Shown piece after piece: positions 62,513-64,000 of a stretch of 64,000 bases of DNA; the first letter of the stretch is position 1; each line of letters begins with the position of its first letter. The stretch is from assembly GCA_002363125.1 (NCBI GenBank), contig DEWE01000009.1, positions 68,489-132,488 of the forward strand, given 5' to 3'. The translations under genes and the position numbers were made by a program. Below the pieces are notes generated by a model. It was not told the origin of the DNA. It saw only the letters and a program-made list of their open reading frames with translations, and made no database searches. This DNA comes from Candidatus Saccharibacteria bacterium UBA3218. Its GTDB lineage: Bacteria > Patescibacteriota > Saccharimonadia > Saccharimonadales > Saccharimonadaceae.

Positions 62513-64000
62513 ATGGCTACTGAAGTTAAAGATTTAAATAAGTTGCGAAATATTGGGATTATTGCTCATATTGACGCTGGTAAAACTACTACCTCAGAAG
62601 CGATTCTTTATCGTACTGGGTTAAAACATAAAATTGATCTAGTGAAAGGTGGCACTGGTGGTGCTGATACCGACTGGATGGAACAGGAAAAGGAACGTGG
62701 TATCACAATTACTTCTGCTGCTGTAACCGTGTATTGGAAAAATCATCAAATCAATATTATTGACACACCGGGTCACATTGACTTTACTGCTGAGGTGGAG
62801 CGTTCACTTCGCGTACTGGATGGTGCCGTAGTGGTATTTGATGGTAAAATGGGCGTAGAAGCTCAGTCTGAGACTGTTTGGCGCCAAGCTACCAAATATG
62901 GCATCCCTCGTATTTGTTTCGTAAATAAAATCAACCAAATTGGTGGCGACTTTTATAAGTCACTAGATTCCATACACAAGCGTCTTTCGAAAAACGCAGT
63001 GGCTATTCATCTTCCAATTGGTTTTGAGAAGGATATCTGTGGTGTAGTAGATCTTATTGACATGAAAGCTTACACCTACAAAGACTATGCAGACCACGAA
63101 CTTACAGTTGGTGAAATCCCAGCCGATATGCTAGAAAAGGCTAAAAATGCTCGTTCTATACTCGTAGAAGAAGCTGTGCAAGCCGATGAAGCTTTGATGG
63201 AAAAGTACTTCAACCAAGGTGAAGACGCAATTAGTGAAATAGAACTTAAAGCTGCTCTACGCAAGCGTGTGCTTGATGGTGACTTCTTCCTAGTTACTGG
63301 TGGCGATGGCCGTGGTGTAATCGTAGAAAAAGTCCTTGACCTTATGACTGATTATTTGCCTTCACCACTTGATCGTGATCAGGGTCAAACTGTGGGTACT
63401 AACCCAAAGACTGGTGACCAAATCGTACGTAAGGCAGATAGCTCCGAGCCTCTTACTGCATTAGCATTCAAGATTGCAACAGACCCATTTGTTGGTAAAT
63501 TAATCTTCATCCGTGTTTATGCTGGTAAACTCAAGTCTGGTGATACAGTCTACAATGCATCAACTGGCGACAAAGAGCGTATTGGTCGCTTGGTGCGTAT
63601 GCACGCGAATGATCGTAAGGATATTTCTGAGATCGGCGCTGGTGATATTGCCGCTGTAGTAGGTTTGAAGAATTGTACAACTGGTACAACTATCTGTGAT
63701 CCTGCTCATCCAATCTTGCTAGAGTCTATCGAATTCCCAGATCCACCGGTATCGATCGCCGTAGAGCCAAAAACTAAGGCCGATCAAGAAAAAATGGGCA
63801 TTGGACTTTCGAAGATGGCAGAAGAAGATCCAACTTTCCGCGTACACACCGATGAAGAAACTGGTCAAACTATTATCTCTGGTATGGGTGAGTTGCATCT
63901 AGAAATCATCATTGATCGTTTGAAGCGTGAGCACGGCGTAGAGGCCAACACTGGCGCACCACAAGTTGCCTATCGTGAAACGATTCGTGGTACAGCCGAG
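62513..64000 (+). CDS. fusA: Elongation factor G (5' 496 codons; continues beyond window end)
   Basis: Not in ORF track because it is open at the window edge. Manual translation: MATEVKDLNKLRNIGIIAHIDAGKTTTSEAILY...DTPGHIDFTAEVERSLRVLDGAVVVFD... Confidence 0.97.
   Translation, partial: MATEVKDLNKLRNIGIIAHIDAGKTTTSEAILYRTGLKHKIDLVKGGTGGADTDWMEQEKERGITITSAAVTVYWKNHQINIIDTPGHIDFTAEVERSLRVLDGAVVVFDGKMGVEAQSETVWRQATKYGIPRICFVNKINQIGGDFYKSLDSIHKRLSKNAVAIHLPIGFEKDICGVVDLIDMKAYTYKDYADHELTVGEIPADMLEKAKNARSILVEEAVQADEALMEKYFNQGEDAISEIELKAALRKRVLDGDFFLVTGGDGRGVIVEKVLDLMTDYLPSPLDRDQGQTVGTNPKTGDQIVRKADSSEPLTALAFKIATDPFVGKLIFIRVYAGKLKSGDTVYNASTGDKERIGRLVRMHANDRKDISEIGAGDIAAVVGLKNCTTGTTICDPAHPILLESIEFPDPPVSIAVEPKTKADQEKMGIGLSKMAEEDPTFRVHTDEETGQTIISGMGELHLEIIIDRLKREHGVEANTGAPQVAYRETIRGTAE

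Overview
AT-rich, very gene-dense chromosomal segment with about 63 CDS and 2 tRNA-Leu genes. Almost all genes are housekeeping: ftsA, topA, obg, trmD, recG, tig, rpsL-rpsG, gap-rpiB-rpe, eno, uvrC, secG, rpmE, rpsB-tsf, frr-uppS-rseP, proS, greA, lysS, uvrB, phosphoketolase, class A PBP, murJ, gatCAB and fusA. Tiny intergenic gaps, many overlapping stop/start codons, LPXTG-type surface proteins, phosphoketolase, an INS-less ProRS and a truncated UvrC suggest a reduced-genome, Gram-positive-like bacterium, possibly Patescibacteria/Saccharibacteria-like. That placement is inference only. No prophage, IS element, CRISPR array or rRNA is visible. The standout signal is a set of at least 10 GC-rich palindromic mini-elements of 70-150 bp. 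Eight are inserted in frame inside conserved essential genes (rluB, the ruvX-mltG junction, obg, trmD, uvrC, uvrB, gatA, gatB). Two are intergenic, terminator-like hairpins (3' of rpsG and 3' of lysS). This is the behaviour known from Rickettsia palindromic elements. Here there is an extra oddity: each copy has copy-specific outer inverted arms around a conserved core. Other points worth a second look: two promoter-plus-terminator-bounded structured RNA candidates of unknown class; near-universal TGnTATAAT promoters sitting 6-8 nt from the ATG (leaderless mRNAs); a ruvX-mltG gene fusion; a two-ORF phosphoketolase; an N-terminally truncated LuxS-like gene; a TM-anchored HEPN-like ORF translationally coupled inside gatCAB; an orphan divergent ClpP-like gene with consensus promoters; a His-rich 59-aa ORF missing from the ORF track; and a greA fragment in a 760-bp non-coding spacer upstream of fusA.
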